From Patiria miniata (Eukaryota), in the NCBI RefSeq assembly GCF_015706575.1, contig NW_024037060.1, positions 1,073,983 to 1,137,982 of the forward strand: a DNA stretch of 64,000 nt, in the 5' to 3' direction. Made by a program: the position numbers and the translations under genes. The notes under the pieces were generated by a model. It had not been told where the DNA came from. It worked only from the letters and a program-made list of their open reading frames with translations, and made no database searches. This document shows, one piece after another, positions 21,002 through 33,074 of this stretch. Position 1 is the stretch's first letter. Each line of letters begins with the position of its first letter.

Positions 21002-23353
21002 CACTATCTATACTACAATTCAAGGAATCTCTGTCTGTCTGTCCGTCTGTCTGTCTGTCTGTCTGTCCGCCGATTATCTCCAGAACTGGGCACCGTATGA
21101 AGTTGAAAATCGGCGGGTGTATTGCTCGGGACACCAGAATGTGCAGTGCCAAATTTGAAGGGGTTTGGAAGAGCGGTTGTCGAAAAAGCTGCAAAAAAGC
21201 AGCATTTTTTGAGACTCAACGTGGCAGAGTATAGCCTAGAACTCCACGCACTACTGTTCTTTTCAATTGTTTACGTCATGTTAAAGCTAAAGCGCGCGTG
21301 CTCAATATGACGCAAACAATGCAAAAAGGACGAGCACGCGCACGTGCATTGTAGGGCGATACCATTGTCCAGTATGGGTGAATAGCACTGCGTACCATAT
21401 GTTTCCGTACGTGATGACTGCACGGGCACATGCATTTTGCAGTCGATTGAACCACTATTGTAGGCGGTGGATTGAGCAACCTTACTCACGTAGGTGAGTA
21501 GCTGCACGGGCGTATTGGTGAATATCAGTGCCGGGGATGGCCTGGCGACATGTACAAAGTGCGCTCAACCTATGAGTGTGAGTTTAACATGTGAAAACAA
21601 CACAATTGAATCGTGTGCGTTGTTTGCATGATATGAGCATTTTGAAATTGCCCCTAACGAACAGGTGCATTTTTTTGACGGGCCCTGCAAAAATGACGGG
21701 CACATTGTAGGGAGATAAGCACTGCACACTATGTCTTCGTACGTACATATACGTGAGTAGCATGCACGGGCACATGCATTTTGTACTCAAATGAGCAACC
21801 ATCACTGCACTGTATGTGCCGGGGGGGGGGGGTGACGACATTTTGTGAGTTTAACTTGCGAGTGTGCTTTCACACCATTGAATAATGTGCGTTGTTTGCA
21901 CGAGCTGCAGTTCTCAACTGCCCCTTCCGAACACGCACATTTTCGACTGGCCCTGCACTAGTATTAACTAATGCACCCTTGTCACGGCTATTTCTTCTTT
22001 AGGGGGAGACCGTTCACATGTACATCACAATCCTTCTTTTTGCTAATGCAATTTGTTTTTTTACGGAATTTATTTTGGGGGGGCTAGACAAAATTTTTTG
22101 GGGGCTACAGCTCCCCCTAGCCCCCCCGTAGAACCGCGCCTGATTCAATATTTGTTTTTTTAACACTTCACCCACAGATTCTGCTTGATTTTAATATTTT
22201 AAATTATTTAAATCTGAACACAGTTGAAATTAACTTCAATTTCAATACAAAATTGGTGGAAAATGTATTTCTCTCTTAAAAACCACCCCTTCACGAAATG
22301 TTTGAACCGTAAGTCTGCGGCGCGCTCTCTTTGGAATAATGCGCGCTACGCACTACGCGCAACGCGCACACCAGCATGCATTTGCACACAAATACCGCGC
22401 CATGGAAATAGTACTTTGGTTGCTAATGGTATAGTACTTTGGTTGCTATGCGCATAGTACTTTTGGCCGTGCACAGAAAGATAGCAAAATTAGAAAGTAA
22501 CACGTGACTCGCTCTCGGCCAATCAAGACACAGAATCTGTGGGTGAGGTGTTATAATCCAAACAAGTACAAGTGCAGGCAGCACGTATACAGGCGCGGCT
22601 GTGTGAGTGTACGTGTACCGACGAAGTGTCAAAGTTTTCCGTCATTCAAATAGTTATACTCTTTCTGCACATTGAACTAAAATAACTGCTAAATGTGTTT
22701 TGTAACCAAAGCTTCGGCTCGTTACACCTACATGCAATTACTTGTGAAGGACGGTGGAATCGCAGGGCGGCCTCGGACTGGTTTTGTACACACTAGCTGA
22801 CTAGGCCTACGTACTGCTGCTGTTTAGCATGTTTAGATGATGTGCTATATTCTGTACGAATCTCGTGATCCGGCCATTCAACTTTTTTTAAGGCGATTGT
22901 GTAGGCCTAGGCGCAAGGCTACATGTATAGTTATTTCATCATAGTAGTACAGTGCAGTGTCCACCGGCCCCCTCTATCTTTTGGTCCTTAGGACGACTGT
23001 GCCAACATGCACGCCTAGCATGTCTGACTAAGCCTGACTTGCTATTGCGGCTTAATTTCCTTTCCTTAAATTGATCTTTGTTTTGTTCTAACCGGTTGTT
23101 TACATTTTAAAACTTTCTCCAATTCCTTCAGCTCAGTGACGTGCCATGCGTGTGTGGGTGGTAATCAGGTTATGAACTGCCCACATCTTTCAAGGGTCCT
23201 GCAAAAAGGATGTGGCAGGCTGCAGGCAGAGGCAGTCGCTATGTCTTAATTAAAGTCACCCTTGCTGCATCTGGTGCAGATACCAACAAATCCCACGCAG
23301 GTTGAGAGACCGCTAGTCACGACACTAGTTTGAATTGAACACATCAAGTAACC

Positions 23354-23591
23354 ATGGCAGAAACCGACGCCCTGTTGTTGACCAAATTCAATACTGTCAA
23401 TGGGGACCGTGACATCCTTAGTGCGGAGACCCCATCTCCTCTGACGAACAGCTTGAAGAATGAGAGGGGAAAGCCCATGGCAGAAGAACACGTGGTGTAC
23501 AAAAGAAGGTGGTTCATTCTGGCCGTCTTCTCGCTACTTTGTATGTTGCAAGCAGCAACGTGGAACACATGGGGTCCCATCTCCGACACAG
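23354..23591 (+). CDS. SLC49-family (DIRC2-like) paralog P2, exon 1/11
   Basis: aaccATGG; homolog of P1 exon 1 with an in-frame N-terminal indel (79 aa + phase-1 G); MAETDALLLTKFNTVNGDRDILSAE...WNTWGPISDT; GT donor at 23592. Confidence 0.8.
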
Positions 23592-23997
23592 GTTTGTCAC
23601 ACAATTTCACCAGTTTGTGCTGACAGGAGAGTTGTAACCAAGTCATTTTTGTCCTAGTCAAGTCAAGTCACAAGTCACATATTTTCAAGTCAAGTCAAGT
23701 CTCAAGTCATTTTTTCAAGAGTGAAGTTGTCTCAAGTCAAAAAAAGTAGCGACTTGAGTCCGACTCGAGTCCGAGTCAGTGACTCGAGTTAACAACACTG
23801 GCTGAAAGCGTTAGCAGAAAATGTCTGATCTTACCCAGTAACCGCAGAATCCTTCGTTACGGGATGTAAACATGTGTATAATCCAAAATTCCTCTCTAAC
23901 CTGTAAAAATAATTTGATTCCTTTTAATTCTAGGACCTACCTATAGATCTGGAATTATATTGTGTACATAATATCAGATTTTCGATTTACTTATAAG

Positions 23998-24363
23998 GCC
24001 CAAAAAAAAAAATATTCGGTCTCTGGTCAGACCAAATGTCTGCAATTGACGCGGCCACACGGCTTTTTTTTTTTTCTTCAAGCTTGGATTGTACAGACAA
24101 GGTGGGTACTATTTTGCTTTTTTGGTGTCCTCATGTACATTGGTGTCCTCCATAATTTGCCTTGGTGCTTTCGATCATTTGCCTTGGTGCAATTTCCCAT
24201 TCCTTGGTGCTCTTTGGTAAAAAAAATTGAGGAGGTGCGGAAATAGTGGGCGCCGTTTGGAGCTACCGCGGCGCGGAACATTTTGGAAAAAAAAAAGATC
24301 GATGCGCATGGTTAAAATCGACGTGCGCGCTGACCAGAGACCAACTTATTTTTTTTTTGGGCC
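23998..24363. mobile_element. 366-bp TIR element with GGCCC(A)11 termini inserted in P2 intron 1 (absent from P1)
   Basis: 5' GGCCCAAAAAAAAAAATATTCGGTCTCTGGTCAGACC, and the 3' end reverse-complemented gives GGCCCAAAAAAAAAATAAGTTGGTCTCTGGTCAGCGCG. 4-bp TSD TAAG; the P1 empty site is cttataagcttcattg. Confidence 0.65.
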
Positions 24364-24423
24364 TAAGCTCCATTGATAGTAAACCATGATTTTAAACCTA
24401 ATTCTTCATCATCTGATTTCTAG

Positions 24424-24534
24424 CCAAGGGTGTGTTGGACTGGACGGATGGTGACATAGCCCTGTTGGCCAACTGGGGTCCCATTACATTCGTAATCACC
24501 TGCTTTTTCTTTTCCTATCTACTTCTCATCAAAG
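24424..24534 (+). CDS. P2 exon 2/11
   Basis: 111 nt, AG/GT conserved; AKGVLDWTDGDIALLANWGPITFVITCFFFSYLLLIK. Confidence 0.8.
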
Positions 24535-24985
24535 GTAAGAAATTGTCACACAATGATCTCATGGTTTTCATGTTGTGTTTTGTGAAATTTGTTGTTTTTA
24601 TGAGAGCTACCTTGTGGGGTACTTGCACAAATGGAACAATGGTGCCGTATTTGTGTCTGCCGGTTGTTGTCTAACGGTGCCCAGAAGGGAAATTCTAAAG
24701 AAGAAGAATAAAAGTAGAACAATGCAAGACCCATAAGCCTCATCCATAAGGTTGGGTGTAGGTGCAGGGGAGGGGGGGGGGGGGTAGTTTGGGGCAGTAT
24801 AAGGTGTTAACATCCCTCCCTCCTAAAACAGACAAAATTTGAATGGAAAAAAAAACGCACTTCCCTATGAAAATAATTTTTAGAACACATGCTTTAAAGA
24901 CATTATATAGTGTTAACATGTTTTAAACTCACGGAAATAGTGCAAAATAATTCATCAGCTATCTGTTTCTTTTCGTGTCCTGCAG

Positions 24986-25076
24986 GTCTCAGGTTTTTCG
25001 TATTATGCAGTTCCTTGATCTTCCTATTGGGAGTCGCTATACGGTGCATTCCTGTCGGTGTAGAAAACGTGAAGTG
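24986..25076 (+). CDS. P2 exon 3/11
   Basis: 91 nt, ctgcag|GT...GTG|gtaaga; GLRFFVLCSSLIFLLGVAIRCIPVGVENVKW. Confidence 0.8.
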
Positions 25077-25344
25077 GTAAGAAAAATTACGAGGGCACAG
25101 ATTGATTAATTTTCTATTTTTTTTATGAGATGGAAATAGATTCTGTTTCGTCCGCGGGCTGCGAGAAACTAATCATTAGCTTACTTAGGTGGGACTTGAA
25201 CCCACAACCGCCTGGACTAGTGTTAGATGTCTCAACATGACTACCTTGTACATGTAGTACCGTATTCAAACCATGGAATATTCATTGTCACATTGTAAAT
25301 TGTCGTCTTCGATGATTAAATGTCTGTTTTGTGTTTTATCCAAG

Positions 25345-25545
25345 GACAATGAACGCTGGCCACGTTTTAATTGGCATAGCTAGTCCTGTTATGATGTCAG
25401 CACCAACTGAATTATCAGCGGTCTGGTTCCCGCCTCACCAACGGACTACGTCCACGGCCATTTCTTTGACCTCAGCATTTTTTGGCATGTCCATGTCGTT
25501 TCTGGTGGGGCCATTAGTGGTCACAAGTCTTCCGCAAAATGCAAG
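25345..25545 (+). CDS. P2 exon 4/11
   Basis: 201 nt; homolog of P1 exon 4 ([35 protein letters not shown]). Confidence 0.8.
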
Positions 25546-25818
25546 GTAGTAACCTTACCTATTTGGTTAGTTTCACGTTTAATCTTTTTTTAGAGCAACT
25601 GATCTTTGGAAAGAGAACTAACTGAAATCAATTGTCTCTTTCGACAATGGGAAAGAGGGTTTACTTTTGATAAATTGAAGAATTATGAATTGTCCCTTGT
25701 CAAAATGTTCCTCTTAATATCGCTAAGCTGTTACCAAATAATGTTTTTGTTGAATTAAAAAAAGACCCAAAAAAAGGCACTGTCACACTGCATTGTAAAA
25801 GTGAATATTTGGTTTCAG

Positions 25819-25892
25819 TTCACATGCAGAATCCATAGACCCAAAGGAGAAAGCACTGTACTTCAATGAGATAATGAAGTTAATGTATATAG
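25819..25892 (+). CDS. P2 exon 5/11
   Basis: 74 nt; SSHAESIDPKEKALYFNEIMKLMYI. Confidence 0.75.
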
Positions 25893-26436
25893 GTATGTAC
25901 AAACTGTTGTCTTTCAAAAAAGTTACAGGGCTTAATGTTTTGGTCGTAGTAAAACTTCAGTTAAGGCAAACAGAATGTTGCCTGTAACAAAGGTCTAACT
26001 GTATTCCAGTAAGTAAGCAGTCTGCAGCAATTTAGTCTTTTAAATATTCGTTGTCAGATTTGATTCAAAAAAGGAAGGCTTCGGGATTTGTTTTTAATTT
26101 TATTGAAGTTGATAAAAAAAATCCATGAAAAACTTCTCTGAAAAATCATTTGACTGTTGAACCCACTGCTGTTCTGGATTTAAACCAGCCGGGAAACCAA
26201 ACCAACCAAGGTGGTCGAGTGATTAAGCATGATTGTGCTTTTAACCAAAATGTTGTTGGCTCAAGTCCCACCTGAGCAAGCTGGAGGCTTTTATTTTCTG
26301 ACCAGTTGCCAGACAGCGTTTAGTGTATATAAATTGCTGCGAGTGCCTATTAAATTACATTGGGGAAGGGTGAAACCTAATATAAACAATAGATATTACA
26401 CACATTTGTATTATTTGTTTTCATTTGATGTTTCAG

Positions 26437-26566
26437 AATGTGGAGCTGTGGCCGTCGTGGTCATCGCGGCTCTATTGTACTTCCCTGAGAAGCCACCAAC
26501 CTCACCCAGCTTATCTGCCACCAAACCTCGGGAAAGCTTCAAAGATGGAGCCCTGAAGATGATCAA
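26437..26566 (+). CDS. P2 exon 6/11
   Basis: 130 nt; ECGAVAVVVIAALLYFPEKPPTSPSLSATKPRESFKDGALKMI. Confidence 0.8.
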
Positions 26567-26711
26567 GTTAGTCTTTAGAAAACTTCATTTTCAATTTTTT
26601 AAGAAACATGCTTTAATTCAATCAAGTGTCAACACGTATTAATCATAATCCTTAACTCTGAAACAGCTAAAGATTAAAAGAGTCCCATTTTTGTTGAATA
26701 TTTGATTAAAG

Positions 26712-26823
26712 GAGCACCAATTTTTGGATTCCTGCGGCAGCCTACAGCATATCATCTGGAGTTTATGTTGGCTGGACCACGCAAATGGACACAATTTTCA
26801 AGAATACTCTGAATATAGGACAG
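26712..26823 (+). CDS. P2 exon 7/11
   Basis: 112 nt; KSTNFWIPAAAYSISSGVYVGWTTQMDTIFKNTLNIGQ. Confidence 0.7.
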
Positions 26824-27001
26824 GTAACAATCACAGTATTTAAAATTATTGATAATCGCTGAAAGTTTTGTTTAGTACAAGTGCGGCACTGTCCAATATG
26901 CTATGCTATGCTATGTCTCTGTTGAGTTGTGCTTAGCTGTGTTGTGTGATTTAGCCATGTTAGTGGATGAATTTCTAATATTTGGGTGGTTTTTTTTTCA
27001 G

Positions 27002-27069
27002 GACACTGTTGGTTGGATTGGATTCATCTCCAATATTGCCGGGATGCTGGGAGGCTTGATAGTTGCAAG
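27002..27069 (+). CDS. P2 exon 8/11
   Basis: 68 nt; DTVGWIGFISNIAGMLGGLIVA. Confidence 0.8.
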
Positions 27070-27647
27070 GTGAGTGGTGCAACAGTGTCACAAAAGTTTC
27101 ACTTCAGTAGAAAAAATTGCTCCTCGTTTAAGCTTTGGTCCCAATTGAGGATCAAGGAGGGCGCTGGGGGGGGGGGGGGGGGGGGGGGCGGGCTTAGTCC
27201 CCTTAAACTCTCCAGTAAGGTTAAAAAGTCTGGATCTTAAGCTCAGAATTTTTGTAGTTTACAGGTATATGCCTGGGTTGGTCTACCTTTCCACTCCCCA
27301 TTTTATAAAATGTACCAGTCCATTGACCTGTGTGGTTAGATTAGGTGGGTGATAAGGCATACAGGATCACCAGGTCAGTGCCACGCTCACGTAGCTGGTC
27401 ACACAGGGTGAAAGTTTTCCATATGGTGGGTGAAAAATCCTTGAAAAAATCATGCATTCAGATGCTGATCTGGATCACTTCCAAATGAAATGATTCGTAC
27501 TTGTACCAAGGACCACCCCTAAATGAGTGACGGCAGGAGTATGCCATCGAATAGTAAGACAATTCTTATTTGGCAATGCGTTTGACAAATTCCAGTCTTC
27601 ACTCTTGTTAACCATTTTATCTCTCCTTCTTTGTGTGACTTCACCAG

Positions 27648-27766
27648 ACTTGTAGACATCCTAGGCGGTAGGATGAAGGCAGTATTGATTTCACTCACCC
27701 TGGCAGCCTTCGTTAGCTGTGTATGGTGTGTCCTACTCTCAATGAAGTATATCTCATACAGTTTAG
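27648..27766 (+). CDS. P2 exon 9/11
   Basis: 119 nt; RLVDILGGRMKAVLISLTLAAFVSCVWCVLLSMKYISYSL. Confidence 0.8.
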
Positions 27767-28139
27767 GTGAGTAACGTGAGATAGTGTCGAAAAAAATGTA
27801 ATGCGCACATTTATTTTTTATGTGAGTCGTGTGGGCTTCAACTTCAAGTTGAGATTATCTGAAAGATTGTGAAATTGAAGCAGATACGGGCAAATTTCTA
27901 ACAGAGGTACAGAGTTTCGAAATTTTCAGGTTGTTTTATTTATCTTAAAAAGCTTCATAAGAAAATGTGAACACCCCTAATGAAAAAAAAACTGAAAAAT
28001 GACAGTCACCCAGGTTTTACAAATGTTTTAAGCTTATACCAGACATACATTGCAAGTGTTTTCAATGTTTATTTTTGGGAATTGTTTATTGGACATTCAC
28101 CTATATTTGATTCTGTGATTTGTTTCTCTTTGGTTGCAG

Positions 28140-28322
28140 TGAGCGTCTATATTGCATGTATCTTCATTGGACTTTTCATCAACGCCTCCTTCCCCATATA
28201 CTTTGAGATCACGGTCGAGGGCATGTATCCTGTCTCGGAAGGCAACATAACAATGGTGATGGCATTCCTGACCAATGTGGTTTCTGTGATATTCCTGTTG
28301 CTGCCGATGATTCCAAATCTAA
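28140..28322 (+). CDS. P2 exon 10/11
   Basis: 183 nt; ...EITVEGMYPVSEGNITMVMAFLTNVVSVIFLLLPMIPNL. Confidence 0.75.
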
Positions 28323-28499
28323 GTAAGTTCAAAATTCTGAAATAACTGAGGCTGCTACCACCGTCACAATGGACTCAGTGCGCAAACAAGAGAGGGCGCT
28401 TTTTCTACCACTTTTGAGAGCCATGTGGACGGGAGACATCATGTGCCCGTTCTGGTTCATGCACCTGCAGCATGAAGGAGGCATGACTAGTTTTATTTT

Positions 28500-28713
28500 C
28501 AGGGGGCGATCCAGAACACAATTTTTTTGGGGGGGGGGGGCCAAAAAAATGTTGGTCCCCAAAAAGTGGGTCCAAGAATATAACTGCGTGGGTTTTGGGG
28601 TCCGCTTAAGGGCCCCCCAAATTTTTTTTGGATTCTAGTGGTGTGATCTGTGGTGCGATCTGAGGCAATTTTCTGACCACTTTGACCCAATTTTGACCCT
28701 GGATCTGCCCTTG
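28500..28713. mobile_element. MITE family A copy (P2 intron 10, internally deleted)
   Basis: CAGGGGGCGATCCAG...CTGGATCTGCCCTTG. Confidence 0.6.
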
Positions 28714-29005
28714 TTTATTTTGAATATGCATATAGCAATGTCATCTCGCATGAGCGTCAGGCGTCGGAAATGTATTGGAATGTCTCTCCCAGTGGTCTCC
28801 CCCAACTCTGCCCTTCTTACCGTTGAGGGGGTACTTGTGCACAGAGCCCATAGACTCGCCCATTATGCCCTGCCCAATTTTGTTTCAACCAATCACAGCC
28901 TTGAAGTCTAGCAACAAGTCCAATAAGTCCTCAGCAAATTTTTGTGCTGAGTAGCTGTATGAAATTGTGTTGGTCATTGATATTTTCCTCTTTGTTCGCC
29001 ATCAG

Positions 29006-29136
29006 GTGTGATTTGGATGAACTGGTTCCTTCTAGGTTCAGTCTTTGTGTGCTTGCCTCTCCTCATGATGTTTAAAGAGCATTATAATCGTCTGGATGAA
29101 GATATGACGGAAGTATCCAGAGAGGATAACAAATGA
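29006..29136 (+). CDS. P2 exon 11/11 (TGA 29134-29136)
   Basis: 131 nt; SVIWMNWFLLGSVFVCLPLLMMFKEHYNRLDEDMTEVSREDNK*. Total CDS 1458 nt, 485 aa. Confidence 0.75.
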
Positions 29137-30561
29137 TATTGTCCTCTTCTAGGGCTAATTTCATATTTGAGTATTCTAACTTGGACTTGATTGAATATTC
29201 AAATATATGAAATGCACCGATCAAAATTAACTGGCACTTGAATTATCATGTTTTTAATTCATAATTTTCTCTCATTAACTAAGTTATGAACTTGCCAATG
29301 AGACGTTGCACACAAATCTTCTGACAGTATTAAGGTTAAGTTTGAATTGGAGTGACCTGCTCCCAAGTTTTGACAGTATTTCTTCTATATCCCCCTGGAC
29401 TGTGTAGAGTACTAAGTGTAATACAGCATTATTACATTTAAAAAGTACAGTTTTCTCCCCACAGTAAGTGGGTATGTGGAAGACTGCCGTACTAATTTTG
29501 AAACTCATAATTTGCTTGTATTCCCACATCTTCTAAACCAAGAAGTATTTAGGGCATTATTTCATTTAATTGTTTATTTTGATAATTATTCACCGAAGTA
29601 AAATTAATTTTGTTTTAAAATCAACTAACTTGTAATTAATAGAATGTTTTGAAGCGTTAGGGTTGTAATAGAAAAACGGTGCAAGACATGACTTTTGATG
29701 GAATGCTTGCCTCAGAGAGACATTGCTTGAACACCTGTGCAAGTTTGTTGTATTGTTATCTCACCTGCTCATGGAAACCACTGAATATATAATGAGTAAA
29801 TAACAAAGATATTTAAACTTACAAGATATTTGCACAACGAAAGTGTTATTAATATTAACATGTAACATGTATCACTCAGGTCACCTGTAAAGTGAATATA
29901 ATAATTACATAATGTACATAGGTCTACATATTAATATTGCAGGGAATATTAACTTTTAATGAGGCTTCATCAATGCTATTGCATTTCCAATAATATTAAG
30001 AGGTGTTAAAGGCAGTGCTTATGTATCGAAGGTGGTTCATTCTTAAATTTTACACATTTATACAAACTTTTTATAATTTTTTTTCCAGCAATGTACATTG
30101 ATAAAGATGATACTCGTTTTTCATGTATATAATGCTTGAAATTATAAATGCTGGCATTTCTACCATGACTGTAAATTTAATTGGTATTTTTTTAAATTTA
30201 AAACAAATCGTCGACTTTTATCCAATTTCTTGTCACTCCAATCATGATTGCTGCCTTATGCCATTGAATTTAAACTAAACTTTTTTTCTAGACGGTTTGA
30301 CGCAAGTCTTGTAAATACGGGTAAAATGTTGGTTGTTTTTGTTAGAAGATTATTTGAGTGATGATTAATTGTATTTCCTTTTGTAGTACGTATATGTTGC
30401 AATTATGGTGAAACTTCAAACCGATTGTTGCACTAAAAACATTTGTTATAAAAATATCAATAGAAACCAAGTCTTTCACATACTGCCATGCTTTATTTAA
30501 ATGTCAGTTATTTTAAGGATAGTCATAAATTAACATGAAATCATATGGTGGGCAGAAAAGT

Positions 30562-31803
30562 ACGAAAGCCCATTAGCGCCACTGCAAGTATATATGTTGC
30601 GGAATATTTAATTCGTTATTATGGATTATTAATTCGTTATTACGGATTACTAATTCGTTATAACGGATTATTTAATTCGTTATTACGGATTATTAATTCG
30701 TTATTACGGATTATTAATTCGTTATTACGGATTATTAATTCGTTATTACGGATTATTAATTCGTTATAACGGATTATTTAATTCGTTATTACCGATTATT
30801 AATTCGTTATTACGGATTATTAATTCGTTATTACGGATTATTAATTCGTTATAACGGATTATTAATTCGTTATTACGGATTATTTAATTCGTTATTACGG
30901 ATTACTAATTCGTTATAACGGATTATTTAATTCGTTATTACGGATTATTAATTCGTTATTACGGATTATTAATTCGTTATGGATTATTAATTCGTTATAA
31001 CGGATTATTAATTCGTTATTACGGATTATTTAATTCGTTATTACGGATTACTAATTCGTTATAACGGATTATTTAATTCGTTATTACGGATTACTAATTC
31101 GTTATAACGGATTATTTAATTCGTTATTACGGATTATTAATTCGTTATTATGGATTACTAATTCGTTATTACGGATTATTTAATTCGTTATTACGGATTA
31201 TTAATTCGTTATTACGGATTATTAATTCGTTATTACGAATTACTCATACGTTCCGAGTCATTACTCGGCAAGTATGGCACAGGGTGCAAACGTTGTATGC
31301 AAAGATAGCGCCGCCTAGCGGCGCTATATACACAGGCCCCTGGTCACGTGCTCTCCAAGTGTGAGAACATCAGACCTAATTCGTAATAACGAATTAATAA
31401 TCCGTAATAACGAATTAAATAATCCGTAATAACGAATTAGTAATCCGTAATAACGAATAAGTAATCCGTAATAACGAATTAATAATCCGTAATAACAAAT
31501 TAGTAATCCGTAATAACGAATTAATAATCCGTAATAACGAATTAATAATCCGTAATAACGAATTAAATAATCGGTTATAACGAATTAATAATCCGTAATA
31601 ACCAATTAGTAATCCGTAATAACGAATTAATAATCCGTAATAACGAATTAATCATCCGTAATAACGAATTAATAATCCGTAATAAAGAATTAAATAATCC
31701 GTTATAACGAATTAATAATCCGTAATAACGAATTAATAATCCGTAATAACGAATTACATAATCTGTAACATATATACTTGCAGTGGCGCTAATGGGCTTT
31801 CGT
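30562..31803. mobile_element. Foldback-type element: long TIRs built from 23/24-bp tandem repeats around a 125-bp unique core; 8-bp TSD AGAAAAGT
   Basis: Termini ACGAAAGCCCATTAGCGCCACTGCAAGTATATATGTT / AACATATATACTTGCAGTGGCGCTAATGGGCTTTCGT. Arrays of TTATTAATTCGTTATTACGGAT-like units run 30602-31250 and, inverted, 31376-31770. TSD at 30554-30561 and 31804-31811. Uninterrupted empty sites ggtgggcagaaaagtgat occur at 11360, 41461 and 51548. Confidence 0.8.
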
Positions 31804-33074
31804 AGAAAAGTGATTGTACTTTATTATTGTGTCAATAACTTGACATAAACCTATCGGTGTTTTTTTGTAATTGCCAGAGAAAAAAAAGGGAAATATCAAG
31901 ATTCCATTCAAGTGTGTGGACTAACAGCCATTTTTGAATCGTAGTAATAATTTAATATTTATAACATTTTTAAAACACCTTACAGTGCCTTGATACACAT
32001 TTTTCTTAATTTGTGCTTGGGAATTAAATCGATAAATCTCGAATAACAACTTCAACAGTAGCTGCATTTTCAACGCACTGTCTTAAGATTAAGAATCTTA
32101 CGATTAACCACAACGGTACTAATTAAATACTAATTAAAGTTTGCATTGTTTGCAATCAACACATAGTTTGAACGTACTAAATTCTGGGGGAAAATGATGT
32201 ATTCAATGTCTGCGTAAATATATTTTCACAAATCTTGAAAACATATTGATATCAATTAAAATTTAGGTTGCACAACACGGTTCTTGGAAGATTTAGTAAT
32301 TGTAAACACATTATAGTTACTCTCTTTAACAACTTCGATTTTGTTTTTTTTATAATAGAATTCATGTTTTCAATTAAAATAAAACCAACATTTTCTATTT
32401 TTCGACGACTGCAACCCTCCGATTTGTTTTTCTTTTTGACTTTGGGTAGCGCTCTTCTTAACGTACACAAAAAAAAATCCGGATGAATTATTGTCAATCG
32501 CAAAAAATCGAAATTTGTAAAGTAATTATTCCATAACACTACACGTCAACTTGACATATTTTCGTTTGATGTCTCATTTAAAAGTAAATAACTTTTGCAT
32601 TTCCAGGAAAAAAAGCTAGCTCGTGCTAGTCTTTTTTACCTGCCAGCATCCGGGGTGCGTTACGTGTCCGGATGGTCCGGGTATAGGCGCGTGGGACTTG
32701 ACTAAAGGCTAATCGAGTGCTTGCGTGTAGTACTATACTACTATACTCGAGTTGTACAACACTGCTAATTTTTGGCAACCACTTGACATTGAGCAATCTC
32801 ACCCATTTAATAATGGGATGGTCCAACTAGCACGGTGAACTAAAATAAACTGCTAAATGTGTTTTGTTACCAAAGCTTCGGCAAATACAATATCTTATTA
32901 TTACAATTACATGCAATTACTTGTGAAGGACGGTGGAATCGCAGGGCGGCCTCGGACTGGTTTTGTACACACGGTAGGCTTACGTACTGCTGTTTGGCAT
33001 GTTTAGATGATGTGCAGTGTACGAATCTCGTGATAATCCGGCCATTCAACTTTTTTCAAGGCGATTGTGTACAA

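Larger units (their letters stand above)
20447..22142. mobile_element. 1.7-kb non-autonomous hAT-like element (TIR CAGGCGCGGTTCTA, 8-bp TSD ATTCAATA)
   Basis: 5' CAGGCGCGGTTCTAGAACC...GGGGGGCTAG, and the 3' end reverse-complemented gives CAGGCGCGGTTCTACGGGGGGGCTAGGG. Flanked by ATTCAATA at 20439-20446 and 22143-22150. Carries a nested MITE-A, (CTGT)n and internal roughly 250-bp subrepeats. Confidence 0.65.

Noticed and set aside
30602-31770. A regular array of 23/24-bp direct repeats that superficially resembles a CRISPR array
   Set aside because: The units are contiguous with no spacers. They are mirrored as an inverted array and flanked by an 8-bp TSD. The context is eukaryotic and intron-bearing. 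This is the TIR of a foldback transposon.
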